Shown piece by piece: positions 38,299-49,814 of a stretch of 64,000 nt of DNA. Below the pieces are notes generated by a model. The model had not been told where the DNA came from. It saw only the letters and a program-made list of their open reading frames with translations, and did no database searches. A program made the position numbers and the translations under genes. Position 1 is the stretch's first letter. The number at the start of each line of letters is the position of its first letter. The stretch comes from Rhina ancylostomus (Eukaryota), in NCBI GenBank assembly GCA_030265395.1, contig JARFYF010000001.1:46909250-46973249 (forward strand). Direction: 5' to 3'.

Positions 38299-41200
38299 CT
38301 TGTATTGTAAGGACGCAAGATGTTGTTGCAGTACCATACTGGTTGAATATTACACATGAATAAATTCCTTCATGTTCTTTGCACATGCAGCTAATAGTCA
38401 ATGAGGACATATTTTCTGTGGAGTAAATATCATAATCCCTATTTCGTGGAATTGGATGTTCATCTTTGTACCAAGTTACAGTAGGCTGTGGGTTCCCATG
38501 AAATTGACATTGAAGCACACAAGTGGCTCCTTGCTTAATTTTAGGAGATGTAATATGGTGAAAAAATACTGGTGGACAATGGTTGTAGAGTTCAACAGAA
38601 GGAGTCTCTGCTTTTGAAGATTCTTTCAGAGCTTTAAATTTATAATGATGCTCTTCTGCTGGTGCCTCTTTCATTAATGAACTGAATGATTCTACAGCCT
38701 GTTTTTTTTCTTTTAAGGAAGGCATTCCTACTGTTTGTGTATGTCTCACAGTTTGAGAAGGGCATTCAACTTCCCATTCATGTTGTTTCTGACCAATTTC
38801 TGATGCATTAATCGCTCCTGTCTTTCTGAGTGCTGATAGATCGGATATTATTTTGTCACCTTCCAGTTTCTCTGTTGGAACTTCTTTGTGAGTGCTGGTA
38901 AAGCTTTTAAAAGTTTTCATATGGTCTTCATCAAATTTAAAATTGCAAGGAGAATCTCTTGTGTCTACTGGTGATTGTTTTTCCGATGAGTTTGCATTCA
39001 TTGAAGTTTCTTTTTCCTCTGATACAGGGGAAGTCTTCGCCATCCATGTGGAATTTAGAACAGTTGCTTCAAATTGCAATTCTTTTTGTCTGATTTTATC
39101 TTCATGAATCACCTCAGCTTCTTTTCCTGGTTTTAAGGAATGAAAGTACATTTGATAATTTTCATCAAGTTTCCCTGGTAAAAATTTATTTTGTGCTTGG
39201 ACCAAAATTCCACATTGGGGCACATAAGCTGCCTCATGGTCTTCCATGGGTCCAGATGTACTTAAAGAGGTTGATGGATCTTTTCTATCAGTTGAAGCTG
39301 GTTTTATTGTTTGGATTGTGCTTTCAACCTGGTCTTCATATTGTGTTTGTTTCTGGTTGATGCTAGAAATGTTAATCACCTCCACAGGTGTGCAAATATT
39401 GGATGTTTCAGGGACCTCTTCAGATTTTTCTGTTACAAGCTCCCTCATTATATTAACAAAATCACCAGCAAAGTGATCAGGAGATATCTTATTACCTTCA
39501 TTAACTTCAGATTCTCTCATTTCAGGTTCTATTTCTTTCAGGAATGAACCAACAGTTGGGGAGATATCTTTGTTCTTCAAATCAGAGGGTCCCAAAATTA
39601 AAGTGAATTCACTAACCTTGCCTTTATACTGTTCATTTGGGCTGATTTCAGGCACACCAATCACATCTGTTTGTTTTACTCCTAACTTAGATTGATCAGC
39701 CATTTGAATTTCATGGCTATCTTCAGATCGTGCTGCCAAACAATTCCTTTCCACATGAATAAAATTTCTATAACTTTGTTCAGATGCTGGCTCATCTTCT
39801 TCATGAACCTCAGATTCCTTTGGAAGTTGCTTTATTTCCACTGGAAGTTGTTTTATCACCGGTCTAAAAAAAGATGATGCTTCTCTTGTCTTTGCTATCA
39901 AAGGAGAATGTCTCACTATGTGGATAGAATCCGTAATCTCTTCTTCATACTGGGTATCTTTCTGATTGATATGATCAAAATCAATCATCTCTGATGGAGA
40001 GTCACCAGATATTTCACAAGCAACTCCTGCTTTCTGGATTAGTAAATCATTTTCTTTGCTCAAGTATCTTTCAGGCCATGCTTCCACAGTTGTTTCATAG
40101 TTTACCTCCTCACTTTTATATGGAATATGCTTTACATCTTCTGGTGCATCTTTAATCAAGGAACTAATAAAAGTTGAATTTTCTTTTTTCTCTGATAAAG
40201 TAGAGGGCAACAATGTCTGGGGATTATCTTTAATTTTATCTTCACATTGCACCACTTTTTCATTTATTTTAATGAATCTTATTGCCTCATTTTCTTTGGA
40301 GGCTGGTTTAGTCTGGTCAACAGTTCTACAATCAAATCCAGATATCTGTTTTCGGAAGATGCTTCCAGACAATTTTCCAGGAGTAACAATAGGGTCTTTT
40401 TTGGCTTCATATTTACTTGAGGTTTTGTTTATTTCAACTGCATTAGCATCCAAAGATATACTGCTAGGGACTGAGGTGTTTTTTTCTGGTAGCAGAGAAG
40501 GAATCAGTTTTTGTGTGTACTCTCTTGTTACGTCTTCCTTTTCTCTTGCTTTGGAGTGGTCAAACATTGTATGAGAATATTCAGTTTCTCTTGCAAGTGA
40601 GTTCTGCAAACTTTCAGCCCTCTGATCAGAAATTATGTCAATATTTTTCATGAACTTATATTTATTTTGATATTCTTTTTTCTCCACCTGAGTTTGTTTT
40701 ATTGGTGTTGGAAGCCCTTTTTCCTTCAATAAAATTTCTGCATGTTCAACAGTGTCTGCAAACTGTGCTGCTTGTTTAATTACCTCTGTTTCTCTGGCTG
40801 CCTTTGTTTTATTGGTTCCTGATGTGAAAGAATCAAATGTCTCTCTTGAAAACGTTGATGGTAAATCCTTCTGCACACTTATAAATTCTCTGAACGGTTG
40901 GTCAGTAGGTGTATGTGGTTCACTCTCTGCTTCTTTTCTTGTATTATCTTCTTTCTGAAAAAAACATTCACTGGATTCCTGCGCTTCCAACCAATATTGA
41001 TTTTCCTGCAACTCTTCTGTTTCTTGGGATGGATCATCTTTCAGGAATTGCTCTTTTAAAGACTTCATGTCTTTTGTTTTAGAACATTCTTCAGTTATAT
41101 TTTCTTCAGGGGTACTTTTTAATTCTGTTTCCAGTGAAGGAAGTCTTAATATCTGTTCCATTTGTTGTTGAAATTCAAGAGGCCCTTTCTGGAAGTAATC

Positions 41201-42198
41201 ACCAGAAGACTGTGTCTGCTCTTCCACGAAATGAGATTTACTATGTTCATAATTCATGCAGTTAAGGTCTCCCATACTTCTGCTGCGCTGTCTGTCTAAA
41301 TAAACATGACTGTACTTTTGATTGTCTTCAGTTGCTGCACCTAGGTCAAATGAAGCTTCAGAGAGTGCAAGAGAAAATCTCTTTTTCCTTTTAGCTTCAC
41401 GTAAAAGATGCAGTTTAATCTTAATGTCTTCATCAATCAAGCTCTCTTTGTCGAGAATCGTCCCACATAACCAAGGTGAATATATTACTGCAGACTTATT
41501 AACAGCAAAGTCTTTATGTTTAGTTGCTGTGAATGTACTTTCAAAATACATTGTACGCACCAGTTTGTTTCTAGAACTTGACTTCTTTTGCAAAGCTCCA
41601 TGAATCACACACTTCTTATCAAAGGGAGACCCAACATGTCTAAGATCAACTTTAAGCCTTGCGTTCCGATTTTTAACTAAAGAGTCTACACTTTTGTGAG
41701 CCAACACTGTTCTTTTCACAAAATTCAGATAGTTTTCATTTTGCTCCTCTTTAAGTGCAACAAGTAAAGATGCAGTTGATTCTGCTGATCCCTCGGAGTT
41801 TATTGCAAATATTTTGTAGCTTCCAGAATCCTTCTCTTCCACATTATTGATTTCCAAACTTGAACTATGAATGTGCATTGTACTTTCTGTTTTAATAACC
41901 TTTCTTGAATCTTTACGAATAGGTCTGTTGTTATGAAACCATGCAACTTTTGGTGCTGGGCTGGCAACCATTTTGCATTTAAAAGCAGCTTGCTCTCCTT
42001 CATTTACAGATTTGAATTTCAGCTTTTCAGTAAATGATGGCCTGAAATTTTCAGACCATGAACCTACAGAAGAAGATCTGCTTGCACAACGTTTAGCAGA
42101 AACAAGACCCTGATCTAAATAATCTTCAGCATCAGAAAATGCATCCCGCAGGTTTTCTCTGTTTTCCAAACATTCTCTCCCATCGTCAAAAAATAATT
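38299..42198 (-). CDS. TTN: Titin Novex-3, first exon (two Ig domains + long unique region)
   Basis: 3900 nt, phase 1-1; ELFFDDG..RDAFSD..AINSEGSAESTASLLV..CVIFNQYGT; donor GTAAAA. Confidence 0.95.
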
Positions 42199-42346
42199 CT
42201 GCAGAACAAAGAAAAGTAAATTGAATGGTTTCTTAGAAAACAGTTCCAAACATTTTAAGAATTGAATTTAATACAAAATCTGAAAAATGAAATGACAAAC
42301 TTTATGCATTAGCTTTATTCGCAATTACTGTAAAAAATTCACTCAC

Positions 42347-42391
42347 CATATTTGTTCGAATAAACGCAAGACCATTTTCTGTTTAAAGATT
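42347..42391 (-). other. Candidate 45-nt in-frame cassette micro-exon
   Basis: tttttcctgctcag|AATCT..AATATG|gtgagt; phase 1-1, no stop. Confidence 0.35.
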
Positions 42392-42837
42392 CTGAGCAGG
42401 AAAAATCGCTCGTTCTTTGTTCTTTCTTCAGACTGTCGCAATTTCTTGTCAAAAGTCATATTAGAATGTATATTTTGAAAAAAGCATAAAGTGATCTCAT
42501 GACAGAATTGAGTTATTTTTTTAAAAAGTAAAATCTGTCTCTGTAGTGATTTGGGGATATCTAGATTATTACAAATTCTTACCTGGCTTGCAGACAGCAG
42601 AATAAACGCCCTTTCTGCTCCTTTTGGTAGTAGATACATTTTACAGCCAGTTTGACAAGTATAGATTTGAATTTTAATACACAGAGATAAATTCTTTTAC
42701 AATTCTTCATAAATTGCATGAGAAGGCGTTTATTCGAACTAATACAGTTGCTAGATTAACAATGTTAAGCAAATAAAGCCAGCATTCATGAACACATACT
42801 ACTATCTGCAAGCCAGTATAAGTGTATGAGAGTCAAT

Positions 42838-42845
42838 TGACGTCA
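42838..42845. promoter_or_regulatory. CRE palindrome TGACGTCA (motif only)
   Basis: exact consensus next to a locally CpG-rich intron segment. Confidence 0.25.
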
Positions 42846-43415
42846 TGTAAATGAAAGAAAATGAATACACAAATGAATGATATTCTAATCAAATATCCTT
42901 TAACAAAATATTTGCTGAAATTTCCTAAAATAAGAGGTGCAATTCTTATTGTTAAGCTCATTAGGAACTTGGAAGAACAGAGCTCTGACAAAACTACAGA
43001 ACCATGAAATAAAATATTAATATGTACACTTCTAGGATTCAGTCATTAAACTTTAAATTGTTGACAGTACATTCAAACACTTCTCATTGTATCCTTCACA
43101 TTGTATACCCATATATTCTATTTGTGGTATGTCAATTTCTGAAATTCTGTTTAATTACAGGGAATTAACAATGGTAAAATGCAAAGTTTCTGTAAAAGAA
43201 ATATTGATGTTAAAAGGATTTTTCTGTGACAATGACAATGATAACCACAAATCTGATTTGTAAATAAATGAGATTGACACAAACAACATGCAATTTTGAC
43301 ATTTCATAATGTAAAACTTATCAAGATGGCAAAATACTGAAGTAGATGGATATAGTTGGGTCAAAGTATTTCAAAGAGTATTTAGCAATTCATCAAATAA
43401 TAATAAAAACGTTAC

Positions 43416-43466
43416 CTCTCACTTCCATTTCAATTTGCTGTTCAATCTTGTCTTGAATATTTTTCT
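43416..43466 (-). CDS. TTN: Titin small exon (about human exon 47)
   Basis: 51 nt; EKNIQDKIEQQIEMEVR vs human ..ERIEQEIEMEMK; cag|..|gtaacg. Confidence 0.93.
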
Positions 43467-43887
43467 CTGCAGTAAATGAAAATGAATAAAATTGAATATA
43501 AGTTCAGAAATGTAACATTGCTTTTCCAATTTGTAAATACAAATGCAAAAAAGAAAACTGAATTATGAAATATGTAAAAACATACAAAACATGCATGCAA
43601 ATAAGAAAAAATATATCTGTTGATTGTGATTTTCAGAATTTATAACCAAACAACTGGTTGATTGAATCACAAAGCTAATTCAGACAACCCAGGATTTTGT
43701 AAAAAAATCTGTCTTGCTCTGTATCAAAACATCAAACATGCCTCACATGCCTAATCCATTTTAATGTAAAAAGGAGTGCAATAATCCACAGCTAAACAAG
43801 ATGACTCGGCAAAGATTCTTTCCATGAACTGTGCTGAGATGCATGATCGAGTCACATGGGGAAGGATCAAAGCATGCAATTGCCAAC

Positions 43888-44167
43888 CTGTCACACTAAG
43901 TAGAGTGTTGCACGCTGTTTCTCCAGCAGAATTAACTGCTTTGCATGTATAAGTACCACTGTGACTCTGGCTGACTTTCTGTAACTTTAAACTGCATCCT
44001 TTGAAGAACTTTTCTCAACACATGCTGGCTAGGATCACTTCTGGCGGATGGGATTTGATCACTACAGGGGGGATAGCTAGTATCTGCAGCTGATTTTGGT
44101 AACACAGAGCAAGTGGTGAGAAGACTGTGAGGCTTTTCATTTCTGTTTAGTGATCTGATTGAAACGA
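43888..44167 (-). pseudogene. 3' part of a decayed titin exon (unique sequence, frameshift, C-terminal half of an Ig)
   Basis: KGCSLKLQKVSQSHSGTYTCKAVNSAGETACNTLLSVT then G|GTTGGC phase-1 donor. Confidence 0.75.
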
Positions 44168-45005
44168 ATGAATGGCAGGGCTTGAGGGAGCATTGAGGAA
44201 CAGAGAGACCTTGGTTAGAGTCCAGTGATCCGAAGATGACGGCTCAGGTAATTGTTAAATGGTTTATTACTATCACCTGTATAGAGATACTGTGATAAGC
44301 TTTTGTTTGTGTGCCATGCATTCTGTTATTGTTTTACCTTGTACTACCTCAATGCACTGTTGTAACGTAAGAATGGTATGCAAGACAAGTTTTTCACTGT
44401 ACCTTGGTACATGTGACAATATAAAACCAATATATCTATTTACGTAAGTGCATCAAGGCAGTAAAAAGAAAAACAGAATACAGAATATAGGGTTACAGGT
44501 ACAGCGCAAGTATAAAGCAGGTAGTGTTGAGTTGCCTTCTGAAACTGCTGCAGGCTTTGTAATGAAGTACTCTAAGTGTATTGTTGTGGAAGGAGTTCTG
44601 GGAATTTGCTCCATTGATGAAGGAAAAGGGTCATGTTTCTATGTCTGGTTTGGTGTGTGATTTGAATGCACATCTTCGGGTGAAAGTGGCTAATGCTTCA
44701 AGATAGTAAAAAGAAAACAGAATGCAGAATGTATTGTTGCAACTACAGAGAAAGTGCAGTGCAGGCAGACGAATAAAGAGCAAGGGCCATGGTGAGGTAG
44801 ACTGAGAGATCAAGAGTTCATCAGAAGGCATATGAGATACTTGCTTTTATTACCTGGGACATAGAATATAAAAGCAGGGAGGTTATGGAACAACTTTATA
44901 AAACATTGGTTAGGCCACAGCTGGAGAAATGTGTACAGTTCTGGAAGGATGTGTTTGTACTGGGAAGGGTGCAGAGAAGATTCACCAGGATGTCACCTGG
45001 AATAG
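44168..45005 (+). mobile_element. CR1 fragment interrupted by short interspersed elements
   Basis: CR1-like at 44168-44235 and 44826-45005 (ggttaggccacagctggag); other repeats in between. Confidence 0.7.
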
Positions 45006-45009
45006 ATCT

Positions 45010-45410
45010 TTCCAGTTATGCAACTGGATCCTTGACTTCCCGACCAACAGACCACAATCAGTGAGGACAGGCAGCAACACCTCCAGCACAATTATTCTTA
45101 CCACTGGTGTCCCACAAGACTGCATCCTCAGCCCTCTACTCTACTCCCTATACACTCATGACTGCGTGGCCAGATTCTGCTCTAATTCCATCTACGAATC
45201 AGCAGATACCACTGTCGTGGGCCCTATCTCAAATAACTATGAGTCAGAGTACAGGACGGAGATAGAGAGCTTACTGACATGGTGTCATGACAACAACCTT
45301 TGCCACAATGTCAGCAAAACAAAAGAGCTGGTCATTGACTTCAGGAAGGGGGGCAGTGCACATGCTCCTGTCTACATCAAAGGTGCTGAGGTTGAGAGGG
45401 TTGAGAGCTT
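45010..45410 (+). mobile_element. Rex1/Babar-like LINE RT fragment
   Basis: [58 protein letters not shown]. Confidence 0.85.
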
Positions 45411-45510
45411 NNNNNNNNNNNNNNNNNNNNNNNNNNNNNNNNNNNNNNNNNNNNNNNNNNNNNNNNNNNNNNNNNNNNNNNNNNNNNNNNNNNNNNNNNN
45501 NNNNNNNNNN

Positions 45511-45663
45511 GTCTTTTGGTTGAAGAAGGTGGTGGGCTTGATGATTTCTTTAGAACTTCTGATTTGCTATCAGATGTGACATGAGGCCTTTGTTCAATTT
45601 TAGAGATATCTGAACTGCTATCAGTGGGAATTTTAGCACCTGTTTGGGATTTTGTTTCTTCGG
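45511..45663 (-). pseudogene. 5' part of an unannotated titin-like exon running into gap
   Basis: attttattcttgcatag| phase 1; open frame AEETKSQTGAKIPTDSSSDISKIEQRPHVTSDSKSEVLKKSSSPPPSSTKR. Confidence 0.6.
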
Positions 45664-45958
45664 CTATGCAAGAATAAAATTAGGATAAGTGTTAAGTGAT
45701 TTAGCAATTTCAGCAAAGTAAATACTTGAAAAATTTATAAAAGCCCGAAGTAATGTTTTCAATAATTCATGCACACTAGTGTGATGAAATGTCTAGTGTT
45801 AAAGTTTGTATAAATCACTAACTAACATCTTTAACAAAACATATTACTGTTAATAGGTAAATTCAGGATCTTCTTAAATAGATACTAAACTTAATTTGGG
45901 AAAGAAACAATGAAGTGGATGAATCAGGATGCTGTCTTTAAATAAAATTATAAACAAC

Positions 45959-46843
45959 CACCTTCTACTATAAGTACAGCAGTAGTCTTCATTTCTCCAC
46001 CTTCATTTCTTGCAGTACAGCTATACTGTCCCTGATCTTCTATGTGCACATTGAGGATTGTGAGAGACATAACATTTCCATTCCGAGATATCTTCAGTCT
46101 TCCTGATTCTTCCAATCTTCTGCTTCGGTGACTCCATATAATCTCTGAAACTGCTTCTCCACTAAAAGAACAGATGAACTGTGCCATCTGACCAGCTTTG
46201 ACTCTTAGATCACTAAGTTCAAGTAGAATCATGGGGACTTCAAAGGCAGGTTTGGCTGCAGCAACAGTTACTTTTGCTTCACATTTAGCCTCACCATGAG
46301 GATTCACAGCTTTACATCTATAAACACCTGTGTCCTCTTCATGGATATGTTGTATAATTATCTCAGATGAAGTTAAAGCTTCAGCTTCTGTTATAGTTAC
46401 AATTTTTATTCTTTTAACTTCCACAAGTTCTTGATCTTCTTTGTACCATATTATTTCAGGTTTTGGGAGTGCTAAAATTTGACATTTTAGAGACATTGTT
46501 TCACCTAACATAACTGTGATGTTTTCCATATCTTGTAGGAACTTTGGTGCAACTTGAGAGCCACTTCTAATTGCTTCAGTCTTGCTAACTTTTTGGGATT
46601 CTTCCCAGCTTTCAGAAGAAACAGTCTTGCTAGATGAAGTCACGGAGATACTTTCAAACATCTGAACATTGTATGTATGTTCTTGCTGTAAAGTGATTTC
46701 CTTTGTATAGTTCTTTGTATGCTTTAAGGTCATAGGAGACTCCATATGCATTTCTGATACTTCAAAAGTCTTTGAAGCGATGGATTCCGCTACAGCTTTT
46801 CCAGAAGTTATGCTCTGACTATCTATGCTTTGCACTTTGTAAT
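45959..46843 (-). CDS. TTN: Titin Novex-2-like exon with two Ig domains
   Basis: VQSIDSQS, YNVQMFESIS, EESGRLKISRNGNV..DQGQYSC..TTAVLIVEG; alternative acceptor 46834 and donor 45962 possible. Confidence 0.9.
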
Positions 46844-48151
46844 CTGAGTAACAAAAGACAAAATATTAATCATGATATTAAATCATGACTGACAAAATAA
46901 AGAAAGCAATAGCTCATGTTGTCCAACGGGCAACCCAGCATGCTGGCCACATGCTAAAGAAGTGCAATTCACTTGATTGAGGAAAACACCCATGTCCTTT
47001 TCCTCAAAAAACATCTGCAAAATTCTTTGGGAGAAAATGGCATTCATTTGAACAAAATGATGATTTAGTTCTTCTCTTGCAAATACCCAAGATGCAGATG
47101 AATTAATGCAAGTTTATGTATCAAGATGAAAGGTTTTCTTACTAGTGCATTAATATCATCAGATTTTAGAATAATGAGGTGTTGTGGTGTGCAATCAAAA
47201 ATAGAAATAGTCAGTAATAAAATGTATTCTTGGAAATGCTGTTTGCTTGATCTTATTTACTGTGAGTTCAGCAATTCATGGTGTTTCTCCAAGACCTTTT
47301 AATTTGCTTTGTATGTATACTGTCCAGAGTGTACTATACTTTGCAGAAATTGCTCAACCAATAATTATAATGGTGACATCTTTCCTAGAATTATCAAAAT
47401 AAAGTTCTAGGTCTTCTCTTGGATCTACCATATGACCATCTGGTTTCTGAATGATGTTCATAATAATGAGCCAAAATACCAACTTTAACATAATTCTGGC
47501 TCTGTTTGTTCAAGTTATTTTAGGTGCCTTTGACATGGACTATGAAAATTTTGACAATTGATCCAGTTTCCTGGAATAGTATTAAAACTTAAACGACTAC
47601 AAGAGGAGACCTAGCTTTTAACTCAAGAACATTCAAACAAAATGATTAAAACAATGTTTTATTGCTGTAGATATTACAGTTATAACATATTAACTTGTTT
47701 CAACAAAAAAATCTGCATTCAGAAACAAAGTATAGTCATGTTATAGTGGAATTCCACAGCGTGCACAGCAGGTGGCCTCTGTTGTTTACCTTAGAAGTGG
47801 ATGGAAGAACTGGCCATGAGAGGTACTACAGATGTGCAAACAATGTGGCTGGGTGAGTTGCTTGATGAAGTCTACAATTGATGAAAAAGCTTCAAGAAAT
47901 GGTAGGTACTAAGATAAGGTAGAATGGTGTCCAGCAGTACAAGCACAAAATACACATGCTTTCACAAGAAGTGAACATTGCTGGCCCAATTGTGCTGATA
48001 AGTAGAAATGAATGCCGCAGGCAATGATAAACATTACTGAATTAAGAAAACAACCACAAGCAGAAAGGTGCTTCAAAATTCATATCAGCAAAACAGAAAT
48101 GTAAATATAATGTAAGATGTAGCAAATAAAAGCAGAATAATGTTAAATTAC

Positions 48152-48340
48152 CTTCCAGTTTTAACTCAGCAGTACATGACATTTGTCCAGCAGAGTTGGA
48201 TGCGACACATTTATATGTTCCTTCATCCTCTGGGTAGGCTTCAGCAATTTCCAACTGGTACGTGTCCTCAAACTGAACCATTTTGAAAAATCTTGATTGT
48301 TTGATCTCCTTTTCTTTACTATACCATGTAACCTTTAGAT
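48152..48340 (-). CDS. TTN: Titin exon (about human exon 44)
   Basis: 189 nt; DLKVTWYSK..QFEDTYQLEIAEAYPEDEGTY. Confidence 0.96.
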
Positions 48341-49069
48341 CTGTGTTTAGAAAAAAAATGCATCAGAAACATTGTCACAAACTGACCATAGATCCAAAAC
48401 CTAGTAACAAAAATAATAAAATTAAGTCAAATAATGTAACTGTATAACACTTAATATTTGATATAATGATGCTGAAATTGAAATGAACTCCATTATAAAA
48501 ATCAGTTAAGGAGGTGAACTGTTTATATACAAGTGAGGACAGAAGGCAGCACCCACTAAGAAGTGCAACAGGAATCCATGGGCTAAGTGCTGAGTTAATA
48601 GAAGAAGGAACTTTAAAAAGTGATCTCAATCAGCTGAGGACATGGGGGGATCCAAAGAAACAGAGCCATGTTGAAATCTTAAATTCATAATCTGTCTTAA
48701 GAAGATTTACTTATTGGTTCAAGAAGACTCTCGACTAAATGCCCTCTGTGAATTAAAGGGGATGAAATCAACTAAACAGCGCAATATCAATATTCAGAGG
48801 TTCAATTTCCATTAAACAGAAAGCAAAATACAGTTGATGCTGGAAATCTGAAATAATAACAGAAAATGCTAGAAATTCAGCAGGGAATCATTCTTGTTAA
48901 TTTCTGCACTGACAAAGTGCAAACTGCAAACATTGCTATATTTTCATGGAGGAATGATGGTGAACACTTAAAAACTGGAATGTCCATGCCAATGAAGCTT
49001 AATTTTATCTACATGAGGTGGGTATAAAAGTACTATTTGAAGAAAACCGGATGAGTTTTTCCAATTGAC

Positions 49070-49790
49070 AACAGTAGTTACATAGTGCCTTTAATGTAGT
49101 AAAAATCTACAGTAGTGATAGCATTGTTAAACAAAATTTGGTACAGAACCACAAAAGGAAATATCAAAACTAAAACCTTTGTCAAAGAGGCTTTAAGGAG
49201 CATCTTCAAGGTGTAAAGAGAGGTGGTAAAACAGAAGGGTTTTGAACAGGAATTCCAGAGCTGAAAATAAGGTGTTCAAATTTGGAGGAGCATACTGATC
49301 TCACAAAGGAAGGAGTGAAGATGTGGAAGGATTTGAAAACAAGGGTGGGAATTTTAAATCAGAGATATTGCTGTATCAGAACCCAACACAGGCCAGCAAG
49401 TCAATGGGTGATGGGTAAATGGGACCCAGAAACAGAGAGAGCAATGTTCTGAGGAAGTTTAAATGGTCAGTTAGAAGACAAATGGATTTGTCAGGTCTAG
49501 GATAATGGAAACTTGGATGAGCCTTTCAACAACAAATATGTGGAAGAGGAGGTGGAGTCTGATGATGTTGCAGAGATAGGTAGTCAGTCTTGATGACGAC
49601 ACAGTTATATGATCAATACCTCACCTTGGGGTTAAATGTGAAACCAAGTTTACAAACAGTTTCCTTCATTGCCAAATAATTGCCAGAGAGAGGAACGGGG
49701 TCAATGGTCAAGGAAAAGAGACTGTAGTAATGACTCAAGAAAATGGTTTTGACTTATTTAGTTGGAGTAAATTTCTGCTCATCATGTACT
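49070..49790 (-). mobile_element. Decayed L2-like LINE fragment
   Basis: start similar to the 22450 copy; ttgtcaaagagg..tttaaggagcatctt. Confidence 0.5.
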
Positions 49791-49814
49791 AGGTGTCAAA
49801 CAAATAGTCTGATA

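Noticed and set aside
42343-42639. 98-aa minus-strand ORF as an alternative N-terminus for Novex-3
   Set aside because: Splicing from either donor in this frame gives a stop or frameshift in downstream exons; no recognisable protein features.
47790-47910. Possible exon with donor AAG|GTAAAC and an EATCCA-like peptide as a Novex-1 remnant
   Set aside because: No phase-symmetric frame; the peptide is flanked by stops and lies past the donor.
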